From Terriglobia bacterium (lineage in GTDB: Bacteria; Acidobacteriota; Polarisedimenticolia; Polarisedimenticolales; JAIQFR01): a stretch of 64,000 bases of DNA. Below are positions 27,869 to 36,599 of this stretch, piece after piece; position 1 is the first letter of the stretch; each line of letters opens with the position of its first letter. A model generated the notes under the pieces. The model was not told the origin of the DNA. It did not search any database and saw nothing but the letters and a program-made list of their open reading frames with translations. The stretch lies in assembly GCA_963748015.1 (NCBI GenBank), contig CAVVHE010000004.1, forward strand, positions 832,001 through 896,000, given 5' to 3'. The position numbers and the translations under genes are program-made.

Positions 27869-30103
27869 ATGGAAGGATCCGGGAAGAAGGCGTTTCGGCT
27901 CTCCGTGCTGCTCGGGTGCGCGCTCGCCGCCGGGGCGGCGCTCGCGGCCGACCGCCCCAAGGTGGTGATCCTGGGTTTCGACGGGGCGGACAGCCGTCTG
28001 GTCGAGGAGTGGGTCAAGCGCGGTGCCCTCCCCAATCTCGCGCGCCTCCAGGAGGAAGGGGCTTATGCGCCGCTCACCCCCACGAACCCTCCGCAGACGC
28101 CCGTTTCCTGGTCGTCCTTCGCGACCGGAACGAACCCCGGCAAGACGGAGATCTTCGACTTTCTCAAGCGGAACCCGAAGGACTATCTCCCGGACTTCGC
28201 GATGAACAGCGAGGGGCGCCGGCGGGTCCTCTTCGGGGAGCGGAACGGGTTGGCTCTCGGGCTCGTGGCCGGCGGGTTGGTGTTCCTCCTGGCTCTCGGC
28301 GTGCTGCTGTTCACCCGCGTGAGCTGGCCCACCCGCGTTCTCGTCGGCGCCCTTGTCGGCATCGCGGCGGGGCTGCCCGTCGGGTTCGTGGCGAAGCGGT
28401 ACCTCCCGATGGAAGTTCCCACGGCGATCAACAACCGCAAGGGACAGACGCTCTGGGAGTTGGCTTCGAAGGCGGGCCTCAAGACGCAGGTCATCCGGGT
28501 GCCCGCGACCTTTCCCGCGGAGAAGGTCGAGGACGGGCACATGCTCTCGGGTCTCGGCGTGCCCGACATGCGGGGACGAGTCGGTACGCCCTCCTACTAC
28601 ACCTCGGATCCCGAGTTCCAGCCGGGAGACAACGAGTTCAGCCTCGAGCTGATACGCCTCCCGGCGCGACGCGGGCGGATCGAGACGAGGCTGGTCGGCC
28701 CCTACAACAAGCCGTTCTACGACTACGTCGTGGACCGGAAGACGGCGCGGGCCGAGCCGGCGGAGCGCGCGGACGCGCGGCGGCGCGTCCGCCAGCAGCT
28801 CGACGACGCCGGCGTTCGCCGGCGTATCGACCTCCCGATGGTGCTCGACGTGACGGACGCCGCCTGCACCATCACCGTGGCCGGACAGACGAAGACGGTG
28901 CACCCGGGAGAGTGGAGCGATTGGTTCACCTTCGACTTCCCGATCAACTGGGTGATCGACGCCGCCGCACCGATCCGCGGGATCGGGCGCTTCAAGCTGC
29001 TGAAGCTCGAGCCTCAGGTGGAGCTGTACCTCTCCCCGGTGAACTTCCATCCCTGCTGCCACCCCGTCGCGTTCTCGTGGCCGCCGTCCTATGCCGACGA
29101 GCTCTACGAGCGTTTCGGGCTGTACAAGACGATCGGCTGGCCCGAGGACACCTGGTCCCTCCCATCCGGGGTCGGGGACGAGACGCTCTTCCTCGAGGAC
29201 ATGTACTTCACGGTGAACAAGGACGAGCAGATCATGGAGGGGCTGCTCGGAGACGGAAAGGACGACCTCTACGTCCAGATCTTCTACTTCACCGACCGCA
29301 TCGGCCATCTGTTCTGGCAGTTCCTCGATCCGAATCATCCTCTCTACGAGCCCGGGAGGGCGGCGCGCTACGAGCCCGAGGTCCTCAAGGCGTACCAGCG
29401 GATGGACGAGATGGTCGGAAAGGCCCGGAAGCTCGCGGGTAAGGACGCGATCTTCATCGTCTGCTCCGACCACGGGTTCTCGTCGTTCCGGCGCGGGGTC
29501 AACTACAACACCTGGCTGGTCCGAAACGGATTCATGACGCTCAAAGGACAGAGCGAGACCACGAACCTCGAGAAGCTGTTCGACACCCGGGACCTCTTCG
29601 CCAGCGTCGACTGGTCGCGCACCAAGGCCTACGCGATCGGCCTCGGCAGCATCTACCTGAACGTGGCCGGGCGCGAGCGCGACGGCATCGTGATCCCGGG
29701 CGAGGACTACGAGAGGGTCCGGCGGCAGATCCGCGAGGGGCTCGAGGCGCTCGTGGACGAGAAGACCGGCGAGCGTCCGGTGACCCGGGTCTGGACGCGG
29801 GAGGAGATGTACACCGGCTTCGACCCCAACCTGATCCCCGACCTGAGGGCCGGGAGCAACCTGAACTACCGCGTGTCGTGGCAGACGAGCCTCGGAGGGG
29901 TTCCGCCCGATCTCATCGAAGACAACCGAAAGGCGTGGTCGGGGGACCACTGCTCCAACGATCCGGAGCTCGTCCGCGGCGTCTTCTTCTGCAGCCGGAA
30001 GATCAATACGAGCGAGCCGCGCATGGTGGACATCATGCCGACGGTCCTGAAGGCGCTCGGCGTGGCGGTCCCTCCGGAGGTCGATGGGAAACCGCTCTTC
30101 TGA
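27869..30103 (+). CDS. alkaline phosphatase superfamily (type I phosphodiesterase/NPP-like) protein with internal TM hairpin
   Basis: Signal peptide; GFDGAD; PPQTPVSW; DRIGH; SDHG; SGDH. Confidence 0.88.
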   Translation: MEGSGKKAFRLSVLLGCALAAGAALAADRPKVVILGFDGADSRLVEEWVKRGALPNLARLQEEGAYAPLTPTNPPQTPVSWSSFATGTNPGKTEIFDFLKRNPKDYLPDFAMNSEGRRRVLFGERNGLALGLVAGGLVFLLALGVLLFTRVSWPTRVLVGALVGIAAGLPVGFVAKRYLPMEVPTAINNRKGQTLWELASKAGLKTQVIRVPATFPAEKVEDGHMLSGLGVPDMRGRVGTPSYYTSDPEFQPGDNEFSLELIRLPARRGRIETRLVGPYNKPFYDYVVDRKTARAEPAERADARRRVRQQLDDAGVRRRIDLPMVLDVTDAACTITVAGQTKTVHPGEWSDWFTFDFPINWVIDAAAPIRGIGRFKLLKLEPQVELYLSPVNFHPCCHPVAFSWPPSYADELYERFGLYKTIGWPEDTWSLPSGVGDETLFLEDMYFTVNKDEQIMEGLLGDGKDDLYVQIFYFTDRIGHLFWQFLDPNHPLYEPGRAARYEPEVLKAYQRMDEMVGKARKLAGKDAIFIVCSDHGFSSFRRGVNYNTWLVRNGFMTLKGQSETTNLEKLFDTRDLFASVDWSRTKAYAIGLGSIYLNVAGRERDGIVIPGEDYERVRRQIREGLEALVDEKTGERPVTRVWTREEMYTGFDPNLIPDLRAGSNLNYRVSWQTSLGGVPPDLIEDNRKAWSGDHCSNDPELVRGVFFCSRKINTSEPRMVDIMPTVLKALGVAVPPEVDGKPLF

Positions 30104-31244
30104 CGGCTGCCGGGCCGTTCCGGCCGTCGTGCTCGCGGCCGCCCTGGCGCTCGCGGGGAGTGCGCTCCCGGCGGAGGGGGACCCCCGCGGCGATCGGGTG
30201 CGCGCCATGCAGGAGGAGCTTCTCCGCCTGCGCGCCGAGATGGAAACGCTCGGCGAGCGCGAGAAGGGCGTCCTCGGCGAGGTGGCCCGCCTCGGCGCGC
30301 TCCTCCGCCTGCGCGATCGCGAGGCGCAGGAAGCGGCGCTGCGCCTCGAGGGGGTGAGGGCCGCCCTCGTCGAGCGGGAGGAGCGCGTCGCCGCGATCGA
30401 GACGGCTCAGGCGGAACGGGAGCGCCTCCTCCGGTCGCGGCTCCGGGAGATCTACAAGGGGGGCACCGACCTCGAGATGCGGCGCCTGCTCGGTGGGCCG
30501 AGCGCCGAAGCCTATCTCGAGGGACTCCGCTTCGCCTCCTACCTCAACGACCGCGACGCGCGGCTCCTCGAGAGCTGGCGCGTCGACCAGGGACGGCTTC
30601 GCTCGGAGGCGGAGGCGCTGGCGGAGGAGGAGAGGAGCCTCGAGCGGGTCCGGCAGGAAACGGAGAAGGCGAGGGCGGAGCTGGCGCGGAGCAGCGCCGA
30701 CCGATCGAGGCTTCTCGAGGCCATCCGGTCGGACCGCGCCAAGCACCAGGAGGCGATCGGGGACCTCGAGGGGGCCGCTCGCGAGCTCGGCCGGCTCGTC
30801 GATACCCTGGGCGGGAACGCTCGCGCTCCCGCCCTCGACGTGAGGAAGTTCCGCGGCCTGCTCGACTGGCCGGCCGAGGGGAGAGTCTCCGCTGACTTCG
30901 GGGACGCCGTGCACCCCCGGTTCCGCACGGTCGTTCCCCATCCTGGTCTCGACATCGACGCTCCCGACGGAGCGAGCTTCCGCTCGGTGTTCGACGGGCG
31001 CGTCGCGTTCGCCTCGTGGCTGCACGGATACGGCCTCACCGCGGTAGTGGACCACGGCAACGGGATCGTCTCCATCTACGCCCACGCCTCCACGCTCCTC
31101 GCGGGCGCGGGCGAAGAGGTGGCCCGCGGCCAGGTCTTGGGACAGGTCGGAGACACCGGCTCGCTCCGCGGCCCCTATCTCTACTTCGAGCTGAGGAGGG
31201 ACGGGAAACCGGTGGACCCGGGGTCGTGGCTTCGCAGGAAGTGA
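30084..31244 (+). CDS. envC: murein hydrolase activator EnvC-like (coiled coil + degenerate M23)
   Basis: Signal peptide; long coiled coil; LDWPAEG; HPGLDI; YAH; GPYLYFE in place of HxH. Confidence 0.85.
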   Translation: MGNRSSDGCRAVPAVVLAAALALAGSALPAEGDPRGDRVRAMQEELLRLRAEMETLGEREKGVLGEVARLGALLRLRDREAQEAALRLEGVRAALVEREERVAAIETAQAERERLLRSRLREIYKGGTDLEMRRLLGGPSAEAYLEGLRFASYLNDRDARLLESWRVDQGRLRSEAEALAEEERSLERVRQETEKARAELARSSADRSRLLEAIRSDRAKHQEAIGDLEGAARELGRLVDTLGGNARAPALDVRKFRGLLDWPAEGRVSADFGDAVHPRFRTVVPHPGLDIDAPDGASFRSVFDGRVAFASWLHGYGLTAVVDHGNGIVSIYAHASTLLAGAGEEVARGQVLGQVGDTGSLRGPYLYFELRRDGKPVDPGSWLRRK

Positions 31245-31251
31245 CCGCGGG

Positions 31252-31280
31252 TTGCCAAGCCACCGGTCGAAGTGTAGCTT
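31252..31280 (+). promoter_or_regulatory. sigma70 promoter upstream of the S41-family gene
   Basis: TTGCCA-17 nt-TAGCTT. Confidence 0.55.
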
Positions 31281-31326
31281 GTCAGGAGCCCGTTCGAAGA
31301 ACGGGGAAGAGGGGAAGGATCGGCAA

Positions 31327-32503
31327 ATGTCGAAGAGCCGAATCGCGCTGCTGGCGGTCTCCGGGCTCGTCGTCCTGGCGCTTCTCGGCGGAGGCGTTCT
31401 CGCCCGTGTCGCGCCCGCGGAGGGGACCTACCGCCAGGTGATGCTCTTCTCCGAGATCTTCTCCCTCGTTCTCGACAACTACGTGGACGTGGTCGAACCG
31501 GAGGGGCTGCTCAAGGGAGCGCTCGACGGGATGATGGGAGGGCTCGACGCTCAGGGGGCGTACCTGTCCCCGGCCGAAGTCGCGCGCTGGAAGGAATCCA
31601 AGGGGACCGCCACGGCCGATCCGGGGGTGAGCGTCGTGAAGGCATTCGGCGCCCTCCAGGTGACGGCCGATCGTGCCGGGAACCCCCGCCGAGGACGCGA
31701 AGCTGGGCCGCGGCGACCAGATTCGGAGGATCGACGGCCGCTCCTTGAGAAACCTCTCGATGGAGCAGACGCTTCGCCTGCTGCGGGGCGAGCCGGGCTC
31801 CTCCGTCCGCCTGACGGTGCTCCACACGCGAGAGGGGTTCAAGCGCGAGGAGCTGACGCTCACGCGCGTCGTGCGCCCGGACCCGCCCTATCGCTTCGAG
31901 GTGCGCGACGGGATCGCGCTGCTCACGCCGAGCGACCTCCGGCGCATCGCCCCCGATTCGCTCGCAGCGGACCTCAAGGGGGCGCGCGACCGCGGAATCG
32001 ACAGGCTGCTCCTCGATCTTCGCAACGTGTCGGACGGCGGCCCGAGGGACGTCCTGGGGCTCGTCGGCCTGTTCACGGGTGGCGACCTGCTCGTCCTCAA
32101 GGACCGCGACGGGCGCGTCGTCGAGACGTTGCGCAGCGCGCTCGCCGGCGATGTCTGGCCCGGTCCCGTGGGTGCACTGGTGAACGGGGGGACCGCCGGC
32201 GGCGCCGAGGCGTTCGCGCGGGTGCTGCAGTCGCGGCGGCAGGCGAGGCTCTACGGAGAGACGACCTACGGACTCGGCGCGGAGCCGAAGCTCTTCGAGC
32301 TTCCTGACGGTTCGGGCCTCCTGGTGTCCGCGCTGCTGTGGGAGACCGCGAGCGGCCAGGGCTGGAACGGAGAAGGCATCGCGCCGGACAAGGTGATTCG
32401 ACCCGACGTCAAGCCGGACGAGGCGGACGAGGAGCAGCTGAAGCGAGCCCTCGAGGAATTCTCCGCCGCGCAACCCGCCGAGCCGGCGCGGAAGGCGGCC
32501 TGA
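31327..32503 (+). pseudogene. S41/CtpA-family PDZ protein, frameshifted near 31665-31672 (real lesion or assembly error), catalytic residues absent
   Basis: 5' frame: FSEIFSLVLDNYV, GMMGGLD. 3' frame: VPGTPAEDAKLGRGDQIRRIDG (PDZ), LDLRN, LVNGGTAGGAE, GETTYGLG, GIAPD. Removing one base in ACGGCCGATCGTG joins the two frames. Confidence 0.8.
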
Positions 32504-32546
32504 TCGTCCGCGCTCGGCGGACGGGAAAGGCCGCTCCGGAAATCCC

Positions 32547-34556
32547 ATGATCTCCTCGATCCTGATTCTCGCCCTCGCGGGCGCGACCGAGCCGGCAGCG
32601 CCTCCCGCTCCCGGCGTGCCTCCGGCGGTGATCTCGCCGGAGACGACGGCCTCGCGCGGAGACGCCTATTCCCACCTGATCAAGGCCCGCCTGGCCGCCG
32701 GCCGCGGCGACGGGACCGAGGTTCTCGCGGAGGTCCGCGCGGCGGCCGCGCTCGTGCCGGGATCGGCGGCTCTCCGCGCGGAAGGCGCCTCGCTCCTGAT
32801 GGCCCTCGGGCGCGGCTCCGACGCGGAAAAGCTCGCGCGGCAGGCGATCGAGATCGATCCGGGACAGACGGGGGCCCTCCGCGTGCTCGCGGACCTCGCG
32901 TCCCGTCGCGCGATGTCGTCGGAGAACGACAGCGCATCCCGGGACGAGGCGCTGCGGCTCTTCGAGCAGCTCGCGCGCTCGCCCGATGCCGAGGACGACA
33001 TCTTTCCGGTGCTCGCGAGGCTCAGGCTGATGGCGGGCAACACCGCGGGAGCGGTCGAGGCGGCGCGCACGCTCGCTGCCCGGCGCCCGGGGGACGCCTC
33101 GGCGGCGCGCCTGCTGGCCCAGTACCTCGACCAGGCCGGGAAGAAGGCGGACGCGGTCCGCTCTCTCTGCGCCTTCCTCTCGGTCAACACGGATGCCGAG
33201 GAGCTGGTCTCCCTGCTGGGGGAACTCGCGCGCGAATCGGGGGAGTGGGAGGCCGTCGAGGCGGCGTGCACGAAGATGGTCGAGGCGTCTCCGGAGCGCC
33301 CCGCGGCGCGCGCCCTTCGCGGCGAGGCGCTCCTTCGTCTCGACCGCGGCCTCCTGGCGATGGCCGACCTCGAGAAGGTGCGAACCCTCGCTCCGGAGAA
33401 CCGCCTGGTGCTCTTCCAACTCGCCACGGCCTACGGCGATGTCGGGCGGCTGAACGATGCCGCGGGACTCTTGCGCGACCTCGCGCGGGACCTGCCGGAC
33501 CAGATCGGGGTGCGCCTCTTCCTGGGAGAGATCCTGTCGAGGCAGGGGGACTTCGACGGAGCCCTGGAGTCTTTCCGCGCCGGACTTCGGGCGATCCGGA
33601 GCGACGAGCCGGACGGCGCGGAGCGGCGCGACGCGGTTCGCCGCCGGATCGCCATCCTCTACCTCGGCGACTCCAAGGTGGACGAGGCCTCGAAGACCCT
33701 TTCGGCGCTCGAGAAGCCCGACGATCCGCCGTCGCTCGAGATCCGCGCGAGGGTCGCGCTCGCCGGGGGAAGGGCGGAGGACGCGCTGGCGCTTTGCCGC
33801 AAGCTGCGCGAGAAGGGCGACCCGGGTCTCGCCGCCGCGCTCGAGGGGGAAGCGTGGGTGCGCCTCGGGAAGCTCGACAAGGGCCGGGCGAGATTCGACG
33901 AGGCCGCCGGGATCCTCGGCTCGGGGGTCTGGGGACGCGCCGCGCAAACCCTCTCGAACGCATCGCAGGAGGAGGCCGCGGAGAAGCTCCTTCGCGCCTG
34001 GGCGAGGAAGGAGCCCGCGAGCGCCGCGGCGCGCTTCAACCTCGGCGCGTTCCTCGAGCGCAAGAAGGCCTACGAGGAAGCCGATGCGGAGCTCGCCGAG
34101 GCGATCCGCCTCGATCCCAAGGACGCGGTCGCGCTCAACTACCTCGGCTACAGCCTGGCCGACCGGGGACAGAGGCTCGACGACGCGCTCGGCTTCGTCA
34201 GGAGGGCGCTCGAGATCGATCCCTGGAACGCGGCGTACCTCGACTCTCTGGGTTGGGTTCTCTTCCGGCTGGGGCGGCCCGCCGAGGCTCGCGAACCCCT
34301 CGAGCGCGCCGCGGCGGAGTTCCCCCGGGACGCGACCGTGCTGGAGCATCTCGGCGATCTGTACGACCGGATCGGAGAGCGCGCACGGGCGGTGACGCTC
34401 TGGCGCCGCGCGCTGGACAGCGGCTCGACCAACGTGGAATCGCTGAACGCGAAGATCGCGCGAGCCGAAGCCCAGCCCGCCGCGAATTCTCCCCCCTCCC
34501 CGGGCGAGAATGCCGGACGCGGAATGCCTCCGGCCGCGCTCGCCGGCCCCCGGTGA
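32547..34556 (+). CDS. exported tetratricopeptide repeat protein
   Basis: Signal peptide; many TPR-like helices; ALNYLGYSLAD; AYLDSLGW; EHLGD. Confidence 0.9.
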   Translation: MISSILILALAGATEPAAPPAPGVPPAVISPETTASRGDAYSHLIKARLAAGRGDGTEVLAEVRAAAALVPGSAALRAEGASLLMALGRGSDAEKLARQAIEIDPGQTGALRVLADLASRRAMSSENDSASRDEALRLFEQLARSPDAEDDIFPVLARLRLMAGNTAGAVEAARTLAARRPGDASAARLLAQYLDQAGKKADAVRSLCAFLSVNTDAEELVSLLGELARESGEWEAVEAACTKMVEASPERPAARALRGEALLRLDRGLLAMADLEKVRTLAPENRLVLFQLATAYGDVGRLNDAAGLLRDLARDLPDQIGVRLFLGEILSRQGDFDGALESFRAGLRAIRSDEPDGAERRDAVRRRIAILYLGDSKVDEASKTLSALEKPDDPPSLEIRARVALAGGRAEDALALCRKLREKGDPGLAAALEGEAWVRLGKLDKGRARFDEAAGILGSGVWGRAAQTLSNASQEEAAEKLLRAWARKEPASAAARFNLGAFLERKKAYEEADAELAEAIRLDPKDAVALNYLGYSLADRGQRLDDALGFVRRALEIDPWNAAYLDSLGWVLFRLGRPAEAREPLERAAAEFPRDATVLEHLGDLYDRIGERARAVTLWRRALDSGSTNVESLNAKIARAEAQPAANSPPSPGENAGRGMPPAALAGPR

Positions 34557-35188
34557 AGACCGGCGCCGTCGCAGCGGCCGCGCTCGCGGCGACGGTCCTG
34601 GCCGTGACGGCCTGCCACGAGCGCCGCGCGGAGGTCGCGGCGGGGGACGCGACGGTCTCGATCGGGACCTACAAGGGAGTCGCCGACGGCGAGGACGGGA
34701 AATCCCGGCGATTCCGCTTGCTGCTGTGGGCCGAGTTGCCGGACCGTCTTCACGCGGAGTTCCTCGGCCCGGTGGGGGGACCGGAGATGATCGTCGACGG
34801 GGGGGGAGGGCGGCTCGCGATCACGCTGGTTCGGGATCGAACGTCTTACGTCGGCCCCGCGTCGCCCCGAGCGATCGAGGCCGTGACCGGCGTGGCGGTC
34901 CCCCTCGAGGTGCTCGTGCGCTGGATCGTCTCCGGACCCGCCGAGGTCCCCGCGGGGCTCGAGGTCACTCGCGACCCTCCGGACACTCCCGGCCTGCCGC
35001 TCAGTCTCGAGATCCACGACGGCGATCGAAAGGTGCGGATCGAAAGGCGCCGGCTCGAGGGGAGCGCCGCTCTCGCCGGCGGGACCGGCACCGGAACGCC
35101 CCCTCCGGGCGTCGAAACGCGGCCCCTCGAAGAGCTTCCCGCGGGAATACGAGCGGGAGGGCAGGACCACCCGCCGGAGGGGCCATGA
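34553..35188 (+). CDS. lipoprotein, LolB-like by position
   Basis: GTG start overlapping TPR stop; lipobox LAVTA-C; sits between the TPR gene and ispE like lolB; VTGVAVPLEVLVRWIVSG resembles LolB. Confidence 0.6.
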   Translation: MKTGAVAAAALAATVLAVTACHERRAEVAAGDATVSIGTYKGVADGEDGKSRRFRLLLWAELPDRLHAEFLGPVGGPEMIVDGGGGRLAITLVRDRTSYVGPASPRAIEAVTGVAVPLEVLVRWIVSGPAEVPAGLEVTRDPPDTPGLPLSLEIHDGDRKVRIERRRLEGSAALAGGTGTGTPPPGVETRPLEELPAGIRAGGQDHPPEGP

Positions 35189-36090
35189 GCCGCCCCGAGC
35201 GGCGCGTCGGCGCGGCGTGCCCGGCGAAGGTGAACCTCGATCTCCGGGTGTTCGGGCGGCGGCCCGACGGCTACCACGACATTCACACGGTGTTCCAGGC
35301 GATCGACCTCAGCGACTCGCTGACCGTCGCTCCGGCGCGCGAGCTCTCGCTGCTCTGCGACGACCCCGGCCTCGCGTGCGATGCCTCGAACCTCGTGATG
35401 CGCGCCGCGCGGCTCCTCCAGGAACGAGCCCATGTCCGGGAGGGCGCGGCGATGAGCCTCTCGAAGCGGATCCCGATCGCGGGCGGGCTCGGGGGCGGCA
35501 GCTCGGACGCCGCGGGAGCGCTGCTCGCGCTTTCGGAGCTCTGGGGGCTCTCCCTGCCGCTCGAGGATCTTGCCCGGCTCGGCGCGAGGCTCGGGGCGGA
35601 TGTTCCTTTCTTCCTGCACGGCGGCACCGCGGAAGGAGGGGGCCGCGGTGACACGATCTCCCCGCTCCCCTTCGCGGGCCCCATTCGTCTTCTCCTCGGC
35701 ATCCCTCCGTTCGGGGTGTCGGCGGCCGACGCGTACTCGTGGGCCGACGATCATTTGACACCCGCCGAGAAGGATGTTAGCGTGAAGCGCTCGATCGCCG
35801 GTAAGTTACCGTCAGAAAACGACTTCCGCTGGGGTGTCAACGACCTCGAACGGGGCGTGTTCGAGAGGTGGCCCGGCCTTCGGGCATTCAGGGACGGGTT
35901 GCTCGGCGAAGGGGCCAGCGTGGCCCTGATGAGCGGGAGCGGCTCGACGGTGTTCGGGGTGTTCGATGATTCCGGCTCGCTGCGGAGAGCGGCTGAGAGC
36001 CTGGCGGTGTGCTACCCGGGATGGAGGCTCCTCCCGGCGCGCGCCGTCCCGGATGCGGCCCGAGTCGTGGCGGTCGGTGGGTCCTCTTGA
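35185..36090 (+). CDS. ispE: 4-diphosphocytidyl-2-C-methyl-D-erythritol kinase
   Basis: PAKVNL; DGYH; KRIPIAGGLGGGSSDAA; LGADVPFF; MSGSGSTVF. Confidence 0.96.
   Translation: MSRPERRVGAACPAKVNLDLRVFGRRPDGYHDIHTVFQAIDLSDSLTVAPARELSLLCDDPGLACDASNLVMRAARLLQERAHVREGAAMSLSKRIPIAGGLGGGSSDAAGALLALSELWGLSLPLEDLARLGARLGADVPFFLHGGTAEGGGRGDTISPLPFAGPIRLLLGIPPFGVSAADAYSWADDHLTPAEKDVSVKRSIAGKLPSENDFRWGVNDLERGVFERWPGLRAFRDGLLGEGASVALMSGSGSTVFGVFDDSGSLRRAAESLAVCYPGWRLLPARAVPDAARVVAVGGSS
35755..35783 (+). promoter_or_regulatory. internal sigma70 promoter inside ispE, likely for spoVG/tRNA-Gln/prs
   Basis: TTGACA-17 nt-TAGCGT with TGn, in a locally AT-richer patch. Confidence 0.65.
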
Positions 36091-36115
36091 AGCCCGGTAG
36101 AAAGGAGCCTTCAGC

Positions 36116-36475
36116 ATGGAGATCACGGAGGTCCGTGTTTTCCCCGTGAACGAAGAGAAACTCAAGGCCTTCGCCTCGATCATATTCGACGACTGCTTCG
36201 TGGTCAGCGATATCAAGATCATCCAGGGCACCCAGGGGCTGTTCATCTCGATGCCGAGCAAGAAGCGGAAGAACGGCATGTTTCGCGACATCGCCCATCC
36301 CCTGAACACCGAGATGCGGACCAGGATCGAGGAACAGATCATCGAGAAGTACAAGGAGGTCCTGGCCCAGGCCGGCATGGATCTCCCCTCGGGGGTGAGG
36401 CTGCTCGGCAGCCGGAACCCCGGGGACGACGCAGGCTACGATCCGCTCGAGGAAGGGGGCGTCTCCTGGCCCTGA
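36116..36475 (+). CDS. spoVG: SpoVG family RNA/DNA-binding protein
   Basis: MEITEVRVF; LKAFASIIFDDCFVV; GLFISMPS; FRDIAHP. Confidence 0.95.
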   Translation: MEITEVRVFPVNEEKLKAFASIIFDDCFVVSDIKIIQGTQGLFISMPSKKRKNGMFRDIAHPLNTEMRTRIEEQIIEKYKEVLAQAGMDLPSGVRLLGSRNPGDDAGYDPLEEGGVSWP

Positions 36476-36493
36476 GGGTGGAGCGCTCCGCAC

Positions 36494-36568
36494 TGGGGCG
36501 TCGTCAAGTGGTAAGACACGGGTCTTTGGAACCCGCATTCGGAGGTTCGAATCCTCCCGCCCCAGCCA
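36494..36568 (+). tRNA. tRNA-Gln(TTG)
   Basis: TGGGGCG/CGCCCCA + GCCA; anticodon arm CGGGT-CTTTGGA-ACCCG; GGTTCGAATCC. Confidence 0.97.
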
Positions 36569-36599
36569 CGTCCGGAGCGGTGAGACGAGTGCCTGTGCG

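Noticed and set aside
27773..30208. Long antisense ORFs (this 811-aa one and many similar across the window)
   Set aside because: Expected from high GC3 codon bias; no motifs, and they overlap well-supported genes.
36116..36475. spoVG as a sign of sporulation
   Set aside because: SpoVG is a general nucleic-acid-binding protein found near ispE/prs in non-sporulating bacteria.
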